Of a stretch of DNA of 64,000 bases, positions 20,812 through 30,515 are shown piece by piece. The position numbers and the translations under genes were made by a program. Positions within the stretch are counted from its first letter, which is position 1; each line of letters starts with the position of its first letter. The notes below the pieces were generated by a model. That model was not told where the DNA came from and did no database searches. It saw only the letters and a program-made list of their open reading frames with translations. The stretch is from Longimicrobiales bacterium (GTDB taxonomy: Bacteria > Gemmatimonadota > Gemmatimonadetes > Longimicrobiales > Gaopeijiaceae), in contig OZ242008.1 of the NCBI GenBank assembly GCA_965204735.1, positions 2,624,001 through 2,688,000 on the forward strand, given 5' to 3'.

Positions 20812-22199
20812 GGCGCGCGGCCCGATCCGGCCACCTCTTCCAGAAGTCGCCAGAAGCCCGGGAAGCTCACGTCGGCGACGGACGGGGCGTCCACCTCGAT
20901 CTCGCACCCGGGCGTCGCCCCCAAGACGCCGAACGCCATGGCGACGCGGTGGTCGCCGAAGCAGCGGACCCGACCCGCCAGCGGCCGGCGAGTGCCTGCG
21001 ACCTCGAGGCCGTCGGGCAGCTCGTCGGCTGCGACGCCGATCTGCCGGAGGTTGCCCACCAGGGCGGATATGCGATCCGACTCCTTGACGCGAAGCTCGG
21101 CGGCCCCGGTGATCCGGGTGACCCCATGGGCGCGGGCCGCCAGCGCCGCCACGACGGGCAGCTCGTCGATCGAGGCCAGCGCTTCCGCGGCGCCGACTTC
21201 GACGGCGCGGAGCTCTCCTGCAGCCTCCACCCGCACGTCGCCGGCCGGCTCCCCGCCCAGCGACGCCGCCGACGAGACGTTCACGGACGCTCCCATGCGC
21301 TCGAGCACGCCCAGCAGCCCGGTGCGCGTAGGCGAAAGGCCGACGCCGCGGACGACAAGGGCTCGCGCGCCGGCCGGCGCCGGTCCGGAGCGGGCCGCGG
21401 TCCCGGCCAGCGCCGCCCACGCCAGGAAGAACGCCGCCGACGAGAAGTCGCCGGGCACCGTCATCTCCAGGGGCGCCAGGCGGGCGGGCGGCGACGCGAC
21501 GCGGACGGCCCAGCCGCCGTCGCGCTCGGCTTCCTCCACGTCGACGCCCATCGCCGACAGCATCCGCTCGGTGTGGTCTCGGGAGCGCCTGGGCTCGACC
21601 ACCTCGGCTCCCGTTCCGGCGCCCACGCCGGCCAGGAGGACCGCGCTCTTGACCTGGGCGCTCGCCACCCGGGCGTGGTGGGAGATTGGGCGGAGATCGC
21701 CGCCGCGGATGCGGAGGGGCAGTCGGCCGTGCTGGTCCAGGTAGGAGATCGACGCGCCCATCCGCCGCAACGGCCCGGCAACTCGCTCCATCGGGCGGCG
21801 GACCAGAGAGGCGTCGCCCGCGAGGACCGCCGAAAAGGGCTGCGCGGCCAGCGCGCCCGCCAGCAGACGCGCTCCCGTGCCGCTGTTGGCCAAGTCCAGA
21901 GCCGCCGTGGGCTCGCTCCACGACCGCAAGCCGGTCCCGCGGACCCGCACGGGCGCTTCCGCAGGTCCCTCGAGGGCGTCGATCTCCACCCCCAACGCCT
22001 GAAGCGCCCGCCCCGTCGCCAACGGATCGGCGCTGCGCAGAAGGCCGTGGATGCGGCTCTCGCCGTGGGCCGTCGCCGCCAGGATCAGTGCCCGCTGGCT
22101 CACCGACTTGTCGCCCGGAACGCGGATCGCCGGCGCGGGGCCGTCGTGGGCGGCGGTCGACGGGGCCGAGGCGGCGGGCGGTCGCGTCTTGGTCGTCAT
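20808..22199 (-). CDS. aroA: 3-phosphoshikimate 1-carboxyvinyltransferase
   Basis: PGDKSVSQR, NSGTGAR, SAQVKSA, RDHTERM, ELRVKESDR, DHRVAM. Confidence 0.96.
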   Translation of the reverse strand: MTTKTRPPAASAPSTAAHDGPAPAIRVPGDKSVSQRALILAATAHGESRIHGLLRSADPLATGRALQALGVEIDALEGPAEAPVRVRGTGLRSWSEPTAALDLANSGTGARLLAGALAAQPFSAVLAGDASLVRRPMERVAGPLRRMGASISYLDQHGRLPLRIRGGDLRPISHHARVASAQVKSAVLLAGVGAGTGAEVVEPRRSRDHTERMLSAMGVDVEEAERDGGWAVRVASPPARLAPLEMTVPGDFSSAAFFLAWAALAGTAARSGPAPAGARALVVRGVGLSPTRTGLLGVLERMGASVNVSSAASLGGEPAGDVRVEAAGELRAVEVGAAEALASIDELPVVAALAARAHGVTRITGAAELRVKESDRISALVGNLRQIGVAADELPDGLEVAGTRRPLAGRVRCFGDHRVAMAFGVLGATPGCEIEVDAPSVADVSFPGFWRLLEEVAGSGRAP

Positions 22200-23206
22200 C
22201 AGCGCTTCGTCCTCCACCTGCGCCCGGCCAGGATCGCGTCCCTCAAGGCCTTCCGGTCCCCCGCCTCGAGCATCCGCCGAAGGCCGGCGACCCGAGCTTC
22301 CAGCGCCGCTAGGGCAGTTGCGTCCTCCTGCGCCGCCGCGTTCAGCAGCGGTCCCCACACTTCCGGACCGGAGCCGGCGAGACGCGTCGCCTCCGCTCCG
22401 CCGGGCCCCAGGTCGGAAGGAGCGAACCCGGCGTCTTCCAGGGTTCCCGCGAGGGCCCACGCCGCCAGCTGGGGAAGGTGGCTGACCCACGACATGGCGC
22501 GGTCGTGGGCCTCGGCGGAGATGGGGCGAGGGTCGGCGCCGAGGAGGCGCCAGAACGCCGCCGCGCTGTCGAAGGCGGACCGGGCGCCGGGCTCGGAGGG
22601 AACGTCCGGCAGTCCGGCGGAGGCGCGGGCGGGCGACGTGGAGGCGTGGGCGAAGGGCGCCCCCGAGCAGAGCCACACCGGCGCGCCGTCGAAGAGTTCG
22701 GCTCGGGACGCCGCGTAGCCGGAGCGCTCCGAGCCGCACATGGGGTGCGCCCCCACGAACACGCGGTCCACGGCCCCGTTCCGCCCCGGCTTCGCTCCCG
22801 CGCCGGCCCGTTCCGCCCCTCGGCGCGCAGCCGCCGCCACCGGCGCCTTGAGGCTTGCCACGTCCGTGACCAGCGCCGCCCGGCTCCACAGCGGGGCCTC
22901 CGACTCCACCAGCGCCTCGGTCGCGTCCAGAGGCGCGGCAAAGACCACGACGGCGCCCGGCATGGCGCACTCCGCCAGTCCGTCGGCAAGCCGCACCCCG
23001 TCGCCGGCGGCCAGGGCGCGGGCGTCTTCGTCGGGGTCGATCCCGTACACCGGGATTTCCGGCGCTCTTCGCCGCAACGCCTTCGCGACCGATCCTCCCA
23101 TGACTCCCAGCCCCACGACCACGACGGAGCGGCACCCCGCCGGAAGGCTCGCCGGCGCTCGGTCCCCGCCTCCCGCCACGGGCGGGGCGCCGGCCTTCCT
23201 ACTCAC
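22199..23206 (-). CDS. tyrA: Prephenate/arogenate dehydrogenase
   Basis: VVGLGVMGGS Rossmann motif, DVASLK, HPMCGSE, HD...SHLPQ. Confidence 0.9.
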   Translation of the reverse strand: MSRKAGAPPVAGGGDRAPASLPAGCRSVVVVGLGVMGGSVAKALRRRAPEIPVYGIDPDEDARALAAGDGVRLADGLAECAMPGAVVVFAAPLDATEALVESEAPLWSRAALVTDVASLKAPVAAAARRGAERAGAGAKPGRNGAVDRVFVGAHPMCGSERSGYAASRAELFDGAPVWLCSGAPFAHASTSPARASAGLPDVPSEPGARSAFDSAAAFWRLLGADPRPISAEAHDRAMSWVSHLPQLAAWALAGTLEDAGFAPSDLGPGGAEATRLAGSGPEVWGPLLNAAAQEDATALAALEARVAGLRRMLEAGDRKALRDAILAGRRWRTKR

Positions 23207-24120
23207 TCCTGCTCACGGAACCCGACCTCCAGACGGAGGCCGTCGTGGGCCGTCCGAGACGCGGGAAAGACCGCCCGCGCCTCCTCCTCCAGCAGCTGGG
23301 GCGAGTCGGAGTAGCGGGCCGACACGTGGGTCAGGACCAGGCGCTTGACGCCCGCGCGGACCGCCACCCCGGCCGCGTCCGCCGCCGTCGAGTGGCCGGT
23401 CTCCCTGGCCCGCCGCCGCTCCTCGGCGCCGAAGGTGGCGTCGTGCATCAGTAGGTCCGCGCCCCGGGCGATCTCGACCGTCTCCGGCGAGGGGCGGGTG
23501 TCGCCCGTGTACACGACCTTCCTGCCCGGCCTCGGCGGGCCCACCACCTGCTCCGGCTTCACGACCCGGCCGTCCACCTCCACCGCCTCGCCCCTGTGCA
23601 GGCGCCCGAAGAGGGGACCGTCCGGCACGCCGAGCCGCCGCGCCTCGTCCACGTCGAACCGTCCCGGCCGCGCTTCTTCGACCAGGGCGTAGCCCAGCGC
23701 CTGGATCCCGTGGTCCGCCGGGAACGCCTGGACCGCCCAGCCGCCGAAGTCCACCCGCTCGCCGGGCGCGAGGCCCTTCACTTCCACGGGAAACGACACG
23801 CGCTCCGCTCCCAGGTGCACGGCCCGGGCCAGCACTCGCTGGGCGGCACGGGGTCCGTAGATCGTCATGCCCTCTTCCCGGCCTTGGAGTCCCATGGTCC
23901 GCAGGAGGCCGGGCAGGCCCAGGAAGTGGTCCGAGTGGGCGTGAGTGACGAAGATCTCCGAGAACGAGAAGCCCGTCCCGAAGCGCATGATCTGGCGCTG
24001 GGTGCCTTCTCCGCAGTCCCACAGGAGGGAGCGGCCCTCTCGAAGGACGGCGATGCCCGCCACGTTCCTCGCCACGGTGGGGCGGGCCGCGGCGGTGCCA
24101 AGGAAGCGGACTCGGATCAT
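23203..24120 (-). CDS. rnz: Ribonuclease Z
   Basis: FLGT, DCGEGTQRQ, THAHSDH, exosite GVPDGP, GDTRP, HST, LTHVSARY. Confidence 0.96.
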   Translation of the reverse strand: MIRVRFLGTAAARPTVARNVAGIAVLREGRSLLWDCGEGTQRQIMRFGTGFSFSEIFVTHAHSDHFLGLPGLLRTMGLQGREEGMTIYGPRAAQRVLARAVHLGAERVSFPVEVKGLAPGERVDFGGWAVQAFPADHGIQALGYALVEEARPGRFDVDEARRLGVPDGPLFGRLHRGEAVEVDGRVVKPEQVVGPPRPGRKVVYTGDTRPSPETVEIARGADLLMHDATFGAEERRRARETGHSTAADAAGVAVRAGVKRLVLTHVSARYSDSPQLLEEEARAVFPASRTAHDGLRLEVGFREQE

Positions 24121-24362
24121 GGGCGGACGGCGAGCGGGTCTGCGGGGGGTTCGCCCGGAAGTTAGTCCGTTTCGGGTTCGAGTGGACTCGCTGCCCTTGG
24201 CGTGGAGTGGCTTCCCCGGGGAGATCGGCCGCGTCGATGGAGACGCGGGACGCCGTGGACGTTGCGGGTTGATCCGGAGCCGTCGTATCGTGGAGTCGCG
24301 TCGTCCATCGCACCCGCCGATTCGTCCAGCGCACCCGCCGACCAGAGGAGCACGCGCCGCAC

Positions 24363-25676
24363 ATGACCACAACCCCCAGCCGCACCACTCGCCGACGCTT
24401 CCTGGGAACCACCGTCGCGGCTGTTGGAGCGACCAGCCTCCCGTCGCTTCGGGGAAGCGCCAGGGAGATCGCGGCGGAGATGGCCCGCCACCCCGGCTCG
24501 CCGGCCGAAACCGCTTCGGACGAAGCCTTCTGGGCCGAAGTCGCCCGGGCCTTCACCGTGGACCGGTCGCTGGTCAACCTGAACAACGGCGGGGTCAGCC
24601 CGTCGCCGTCGTTCGTCCAGGACGCCATGAAGCGCCACCTGGACTACTCCAACGAGGCGCCCACCTACACGATGTGGAAGATCCTGGAGCCCCAGCGGGA
24701 AGGGGTCCGGGCGCGCATGGCAAGGGAGTGGGGCGTGGACGCCGAGGAAGTCGCGTTCACCCGCAACGCCTCGGAGGGGCTGCAGACCTGCCAGTTCGGG
24801 TACGACCTGAAGGCCGGCGACGAGGTGCTGACCACCACGCAGGACTACGGACGGATGCTCACCACCTTCCGGCAGCGGGAGCGGCGGGAGGGCATCGTCA
24901 TGCGGCAGATCCAGGTCCCCGTCCCCGCCGAGGAGCCGGCGGAGGTGGTCCGGCGCTTCGAGGAGGCGATCACGCCCCGGACTCGGCTGATCCTCATGTG
25001 CCACATGATCAACCTGACGGGGCAGATCCTCCCCGTCCGCGACGTGGTGCGGATGGCCAGGCGCCACGACGTGCCGGTGATCGTGGACGGCGCCCACGCC
25101 ATGGCCCACTTCCCCTTCAAGCTGACGGAGCTGGAGTGCGACAACTACTCCACCAGCTTGCACAAGTGGCTCTTCGCGCCTCATGGGACGGGGCTCCTCT
25201 TCGTTCGCCGCGACGAGATTCCGAAGGTGTGGCCTTTGATGGCGGCGCCGGACCGAATGGACGGCGACATCCGCAAGTACGAGGAGATCGGCACGCACCC
25301 GGCGGCCAACTACCTGGCGATCGGCGAGGCGCTGACCTTCCACCAGGGGATCGGAAGCGACCGGAAGGCCGCCCGTCTGGTCTACCTGCGGGACTACTGG
25401 GCGAACCGGCTGCTAGAAGACGACCGCGTCAGCCTCAACACCAGCCGGAAGCCCGGTTTCGCCTGCGGAATCGCCAACGTCCACGTGGAGGGGCTGGACA
25501 CGGCGGCGCTGAGCGCGTGGCTGTGGTCGGAGCACCGGATCATCAACGTCGCCATCGGCCACGAGGAGTGCGAGGGACTGCGCATCTCGCCCAGCGTCTA
25601 CACCACGCTGGAGGAGCTGGACCGCTTCAGCGAGGCGATGGAGTGGGCGATCAAGCACGGGGTGCCCGCGCAGTAG
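24363..25676 (+). CDS. Class V PLP-dependent aminotransferase-fold enzyme with Tat signal (isopenicillin-N epimerase-like)
   Basis: TRRRFLG twin-arginine motif; LNNGGVSP, DGAH, SLHKW (PLP lysine); GAGGAG RBS. Confidence 0.9.
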   Translation: MTTTPSRTTRRRFLGTTVAAVGATSLPSLRGSAREIAAEMARHPGSPAETASDEAFWAEVARAFTVDRSLVNLNNGGVSPSPSFVQDAMKRHLDYSNEAPTYTMWKILEPQREGVRARMAREWGVDAEEVAFTRNASEGLQTCQFGYDLKAGDEVLTTTQDYGRMLTTFRQRERREGIVMRQIQVPVPAEEPAEVVRRFEEAITPRTRLILMCHMINLTGQILPVRDVVRMARRHDVPVIVDGAHAMAHFPFKLTELECDNYSTSLHKWLFAPHGTGLLFVRRDEIPKVWPLMAAPDRMDGDIRKYEEIGTHPAANYLAIGEALTFHQGIGSDRKAARLVYLRDYWANRLLEDDRVSLNTSRKPGFACGIANVHVEGLDTAALSAWLWSEHRIINVAIGHEECEGLRISPSVYTTLEELDRFSEAMEWAIKHGVPAQ

Positions 25677-25692
25677 GGCGGCGGGCGACCCG

Positions 25693-27003
25693 GTGAGGCG
25701 CGCCGGAGCGCGTGGGCTGGGAGAGAACCGCCGGACCAGGCGGCGAAGGACGCGGCAGCGAAGGGCCGGTGGGGCGCGGCGGGCTTGGGTGACGCGGTTC
25801 GCGGCCTGCGGGCTGATCCTCTTGCCGGCGTTCGTCGGATGGGCCGGCGTCGGCTCGCTTCATGCCCGGCTGGACGCTTCCGAAGCTGCCGGGGGCGCGG
25901 TGCCGTCCGAGTCGCCGGCCAGCGATGCCGCGGCCGTGCACGGTGCCCGCGGCCTCGACGACGCCGAGGGCGCGGTGCTGGCCCAGTCGCCGGCCAGCGA
26001 CTCTGGGCCTGGAGGCCCGGAGCAGAGGGAAACGCCAGAACGCGGGGACGCGGCCGGCGGCGGTCCTTGGCTTGTCGGCCTCTTGTCCGTTGGCAGCCGG
26101 CTGTTGTCTTACGTGGGAATCGTGGGGTTGATCGGTTCCCTGGCGTTTCGTGTTCTCGTGCTTTCGCCCATGAGCCGGGCGGGAGAGTTTTCGGACGTGC
26201 TCATGTTGGCGCTCGGGCGGACGTGGCAGATCGCGATGACAAGCTGCTCCGCGGCGCTGGCTGCCGTGCCGCTTCGGCTGTGCGTCCAGGTGTGGACGTA
26301 CTTCCCCGACGACCCTGTGCGCGGCGTGGGCTTGGCGACGTCGCAAACCGCGTGGGGCGGCGGCTGGTGGCTTCACGTGGGCGGCGGGATTCTGGCCGCA
26401 GTTGGGCTGATCCGGGCCCGTCCCCTGGGGCGGCGCACCATCGGCTGGGTGGTCGCCGCCGCCGGCATACTGCTGCTGCCGCTGGGGCTTGCCGTCTCGG
26501 GGCACGCCTGGGCGGCCGAGCCCCGGGGGCTTGCCGTGGCCTCCCTCTACCTGCACGTCGTCGCTGGGTCGGTGTGGCTGGGCGGGCTCTTCTGCATGTT
26601 CGTCGCGGGGATCCCGGCGCTGATGGCTCGAGAGGTGTCCACCAGCGACGGATACGTCTTCCCTGGCGCCTTCCACGGATTGCCCGCCATGGTCGGGGCG
26701 TTTGCGCGGATCGCCGTGGTGGCGGTCGCCCTGGTGCTGGCCACTGGAACGACCAGCGCTTGGCTGCGCTTGGACGACTTCTCCCAACTGTGGAGCACGC
26801 CGTGGGGACGGTCTCTGCTGTCGAAGACGGTCGCGGTTGCCCTCATGATGGGCTTGGGCTTCTACAACTGGCGCGTAGTTCGTCCGGCCTTGGACGGAAG
26901 CCGCCGCCCGGCCCTCCTCAAGGGGCCCATGACGATGGAAGTGGCGCTGGGCGCCGGCGTCCTGGTCGCCACATCGTCTCTCGTGGTCAGGTCGCTGAGC
27001 TGA
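25693..27003 (+). CDS. CopD-family copper resistance membrane protein (start uncertain)
   Basis: Multiple TM helices; SGHAWA, HVVAGSVWLGGL, LWSTPWGRSLLSK. Confidence 0.8.
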   Translation: MRRAGARGLGENRRTRRRRTRQRRAGGARRAWVTRFAACGLILLPAFVGWAGVGSLHARLDASEAAGGAVPSESPASDAAAVHGARGLDDAEGAVLAQSPASDSGPGGPEQRETPERGDAAGGGPWLVGLLSVGSRLLSYVGIVGLIGSLAFRVLVLSPMSRAGEFSDVLMLALGRTWQIAMTSCSAALAAVPLRLCVQVWTYFPDDPVRGVGLATSQTAWGGGWWLHVGGGILAAVGLIRARPLGRRTIGWVVAAAGILLLPLGLAVSGHAWAAEPRGLAVASLYLHVVAGSVWLGGLFCMFVAGIPALMAREVSTSDGYVFPGAFHGLPAMVGAFARIAVVAVALVLATGTTSAWLRLDDFSQLWSTPWGRSLLSKTVAVALMMGLGFYNWRVVRPALDGSRRPALLKGPMTMEVALGAGVLVATSSLVVRSLS

Positions 27004-30000
27004 GGGGTGGTGGAGTTGTCTTCGCCCTCTCGGTTCGGAAGGCAACCTGCGTGACCAAGTCCTGGCGAATGAATTCCTGCCGGTCCTCCAGCCCAAGAAA
27101 CTTCGACACCATCTCGTCTATGGACAAGTGCTCGTCCGTGCGTACTTCTTGGGCCACCGGCAGCGGCTCTCGCTCCTTCAATACGTCGAATACGGCCCGT
27201 GCTTCGTCCGCGAAGTCGAAGCGAAAGTCGATCGGCAACGTCTTCATGTCCGTCGCCTCGGCTTTCAGCAACCCACCGCCGAGGTTCCTTCGGCCCGTAG
27301 TTTCCCTGTACAGCCACACGATCGACGAATTCATGTAGGCCCACAAGCAGTAGTGCAGGTCCGATTGCCAAAACTCGACAGGCAGGTACAGCTCCACGGC
27401 GCTGTAGGTAAACGCCTTGCACAGGTTGAAGGTGCAATAGTGCTTGTTCCCTACCCCTCGTGGCATTACAAGTGCGGGAACCTTGTCCTTGGTACGGGCA
27501 ATGGACGATGGTATGCGATCCACTGCCGTCTTGGCGACAAAATTTGCCCGGCCCATTAGTAGAATCGGCACCGTCGCGTTCTTGGCCCCGAGTCTGTGCT
27601 TGGGAAAGTTGAGTCCCTGACCAAACCTTACGCGCTGTTGGTCTTCTTGGCGATCACGGCGAAGCGACATCTCGTGCAGCGCGTTCGCAAAGTACTCCGG
27701 CATCGCTATGAGGTGGCCCCACTTCATGTCGCTGGCGGCACGAATCTCCTTCGGGTCGCCGTGCTTCATCGTGTCGGAGTCGGCAACGACGTACTCGATG
27801 TTCTCGCCCGGGGTCCGCGAAAACAGTGTTATCACAGCGTTGATGTTCTGGCTCTTGGTGTCAGAGAAGAACTTGTCGGAAGTGTCGACGATTCTAGCAA
27901 ACGACGCCTTGTCCAGGGAGAACTTCTGAAACTTCTTTCCGTAGTCCGTACTCAGCCACCCGTTGTGCGTTATGAAGCACCCGTGCCCGGCAGCCGACAA
28001 GACGCGAAAACCGCGGGCATAGAAGTAAATGAGCAAGTCGCTGCCTCTCGGCAGGGTCTCCTTCCAGTCCAGCCTTACTTGCTCTCCGTACAGGTCCTTC
28101 ATGTTCGGCGACAGCAGGCTGTTTCGAGACTCCACGTACGGTGGGTTCCCGATCACGATGTCGAAGCCGCTGCTTACGCCGAACATCCACTCCGGGTCGA
28201 ACCAGCGTGCGTGCGTGTTCTGGTCGTAGGGGTCCCAGTCGGCGATCAGATTGGCGGCCTCCTTGCTCCATTCGTCTTCGATCAACGCCTCGCGGAGCCG
28301 CTGCCGAAGCCGCTTGTCCTTCTTCTTCAGCTCCCACTTCTGGTCTCGCGTGCGGGCGTCGAACCAGTCGGACCTGACCTGCTCCAACTCCTCTTCCAGG
28401 CCCTTGATCTTCGTGTTGGGGAGGGTCTGTTCCGGCGGGCCCTTCAGCCCGATCAGCGCATCTGCGGCAACGAACCGAGTCTCCAGGTTCGGCAACGCCT
28501 GAATGCCGTAGTTGTCGTCCGCGTCGTCGTTGGACTGCTGCTCGATCACCAGCGAGATGAAGAAGCGCAGCTTGGCGATCTGGCAGGCGATGGGCTGGAC
28601 GTCGACCCCATGAATCACGTTCTGGACGAGGTACAGCTTGCGGCCGTAGTCGCCGTATCCCCGCTCCGGCGAGAAGCTCTTCTCCACAGCCGCCACGGCG
28701 TCCGTCCGGGCAACAGGGTCGAGGATCTGCCGAGCGCGCACCAGCTGCCGCGCCTTCCACCGTGCGTTGTCCGGATCGACCTGCGCCAAGACCAGGACGA
28801 GCTTCTGGAGGACGCCCATGGGGAATGCCCCCGAACCGCAGGCCGGGTCCAGGACCTTCATGGAGTCGATGGCGTCGATCAGAGGCTCGATCTCGTCGTC
28901 GCGCAACTGGTGGCCGACGGGAAAACCGGGATCGGTGCTCTGCTTCGCGACCAAGTCGCGCAGTCGCGCTTCCATCCCACTCCGGTCGCCGTCGTCGGGA
29001 CGCACCTTGGCGAGGAAGTGGGCCACCAGCGCCTCGTCCACCATGTACTCCACGACGCGGCGGGGCGTGTAGTACGAGCCCGTGGCCTTCCGGGCCGTGT
29101 CCCGCGTCTCGGGGTTGTAGGACGCCAGCAGGTTCTCGAACGCGCGGCCCAGCAGCTCGGGGTCGAGCGCCACTTCCTCGTCCAGCGGCGTGTTCTCCTC
29201 GACGGTGAACTTGTAGCGGCGAAACAGGGGAAAGAGGCCGTGCTCGTCAAAGAACAGCCGGGCCGGGACCGACAGCGCGCCGCCGTGGTTCGGGAGGTCG
29301 ATGTTGTCGGTGAACGCGTCGATGCGACGACCTCCGCCGCCCACGTGCGCGAAGTCGTCCAGGCAGTCGAAGAGGCCGCCGTCCACGAACGGAACGGAAC
29401 TGAGCTTGCCGACGAAGCCGTCGGGGTCGCGGAGCAAATCGCGATAACGATATCTGGTGAAGTCTCGATGCGTGCTCTGGTCCTTCTTGCTGAACGCCCG
29501 GCGGCGTATCTCCGTGTTCAACGTGGCGAAGAACAGGTTCTGCAGCACGCCGCGGTAGTAGTCGGTAGCGTCGTCCGCGTGATGCTTCAGCTGGCTCCGG
29601 GCGAACTCCTCGTCGAAGAGTGCGTCGGGCACCAGGCGCTTCTCCTTGAGGAACCAGACGAACAGCAGGCGAGTGATCAGCCGGATGACGTGACGTTCGG
29701 CGTTGCCCTCGCCCACTCCGTCGTCGGGGAAGGCGCACTCCCGAGTCGCTCGCTGGAACCACCCGAAGAGCTCCTTGTAGAAGCGCCGGTTCAGCTCGCC
29801 CGTGTCGAGGACGGCTTCCCATGCAGCAAGGAGCTGGTCGAAGTTGGACACCCCGCGCTGTTCGATCAGGTGACCGAGCGCAAGCTCCGAGAGCAGCTGA
29901 AGGTGCGCGCGATGAGGTTCTTCCAGGCTCACGTCCTTGATGAGCGACACGCGTTCCAGGACGTCCTTGTCGGGGTCGAACTTGTGCACCCGCCGATGGA

Positions 30001-30505
30001 CGACGCCGATGGTGAGGTGCGGTTGCGCGCCGTCTTCGTCTCGGTGTCGGAAGAAGACGACCGTGGGCATCGGGAAGATGCGGTTCACGGCGCGGGTGGA
30101 GGCGGCGAGCTCGGAGCGCGAGCGGCACCCGGGCTTCAAGTCCACGGCAAGGAACAAGAACGACTTCGCCACGCCCTGGTCGAACTGGCGGGAAGTGGGC
30201 TGGCCCGAGCCGACGAGGTCGGCGGCATGGCGCTCGGCGAACCGGTCGCGCGTCCCCGCAACTTCGTCGTTCGTGACCTGGAAGACGACGTCCACTTCTT
30301 CCCACTGCTCGAACGTGGCCAGCTGGCCGGCGGCGAGCTTGCCCTTGGCGTCCACGTCCTCGAGAAAGACGGCGACCGAAGGGAAGTCGATCGTCCGGTC
30401 GCTGCGGTAGCCGAGCGTGCCGAGCAGGGCTTCGGTGCAATCTGCAAGCGATCCGTCGGCAAGGTCTCGGAGCGCGTCTCGGATCGTCCTCTCCGCTTCG
30501 CTCAT
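26987..30505 (-). CDS. Eco57I-like (type IIG) restriction-modification N6-adenine methyltransferase
   Basis: GSYYTP, motif I LDPACGSGAF, GVDVQP, motif IV GFDIVIGNPPY, C-terminal target-recognition region. Confidence 0.9.
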   Translation of the reverse strand: MSEAERTIRDALRDLADGSLADCTEALLGTLGYRSDRTIDFPSVAVFLEDVDAKGKLAAGQLATFEQWEEVDVVFQVTNDEVAGTRDRFAERHAADLVGSGQPTSRQFDQGVAKSFLFLAVDLKPGCRSRSELAASTRAVNRIFPMPTVVFFRHRDEDGAQPHLTIGVVHRRVHKFDPDKDVLERVSLIKDVSLEEPHRAHLQLLSELALGHLIEQRGVSNFDQLLAAWEAVLDTGELNRRFYKELFGWFQRATRECAFPDDGVGEGNAERHVIRLITRLLFVWFLKEKRLVPDALFDEEFARSQLKHHADDATDYYRGVLQNLFFATLNTEIRRRAFSKKDQSTHRDFTRYRYRDLLRDPDGFVGKLSSVPFVDGGLFDCLDDFAHVGGGGRRIDAFTDNIDLPNHGGALSVPARLFFDEHGLFPLFRRYKFTVEENTPLDEEVALDPELLGRAFENLLASYNPETRDTARKATGSYYTPRRVVEYMVDEALVAHFLAKVRPDDGDRSGMEARLRDLVAKQSTDPGFPVGHQLRDDEIEPLIDAIDSMKVLDPACGSGAFPMGVLQKLVLVLAQVDPDNARWKARQLVRARQILDPVARTDAVAAVEKSFSPERGYGDYGRKLYLVQNVIHGVDVQPIACQIAKLRFFISLVIEQQSNDDADDNYGIQALPNLETRFVAADALIGLKGPPEQTLPNTKIKGLEEELEQVRSDWFDARTRDQKWELKKKDKRLRQRLREALIEDEWSKEAANLIADWDPYDQNTHARWFDPEWMFGVSSGFDIVIGNPPYVESRNSLLSPNMKDLYGEQVRLDWKETLPRGSDLLIYFYARGFRVLSAAGHGCFITHNGWLSTDYGKKFQKFSLDKASFARIVDTSDKFFSDTKSQNINAVITLFSRTPGENIEYVVADSDTMKHGDPKEIRAASDMKWGHLIAMPEYFANALHEMSLRRDRQEDQQRVRFGQGLNFPKHRLGAKNATVPILLMGRANFVAKTAVDRIPSSIARTKDKVPALVMPRGVGNKHYCTFNLCKAFTYSAVELYLPVEFWQSDLHYCLWAYMNSSIVWLYRETTGRRNLGGGLLKAEATDMKTLPIDFRFDFADEARAVFDVLKEREPLPVAQEVRTDEHLSIDEMVSKFLGLEDRQEFIRQDLVTQVAFRTERAKTTPPPLSSAT

Positions 30506-30515
30506 CGCATATCGC

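Noticed and set aside
24591..24601. GGGGTCAGCCC motif inside the aminotransferase
   Set aside because: Encodes the conserved GVSP segment; chance occurrence
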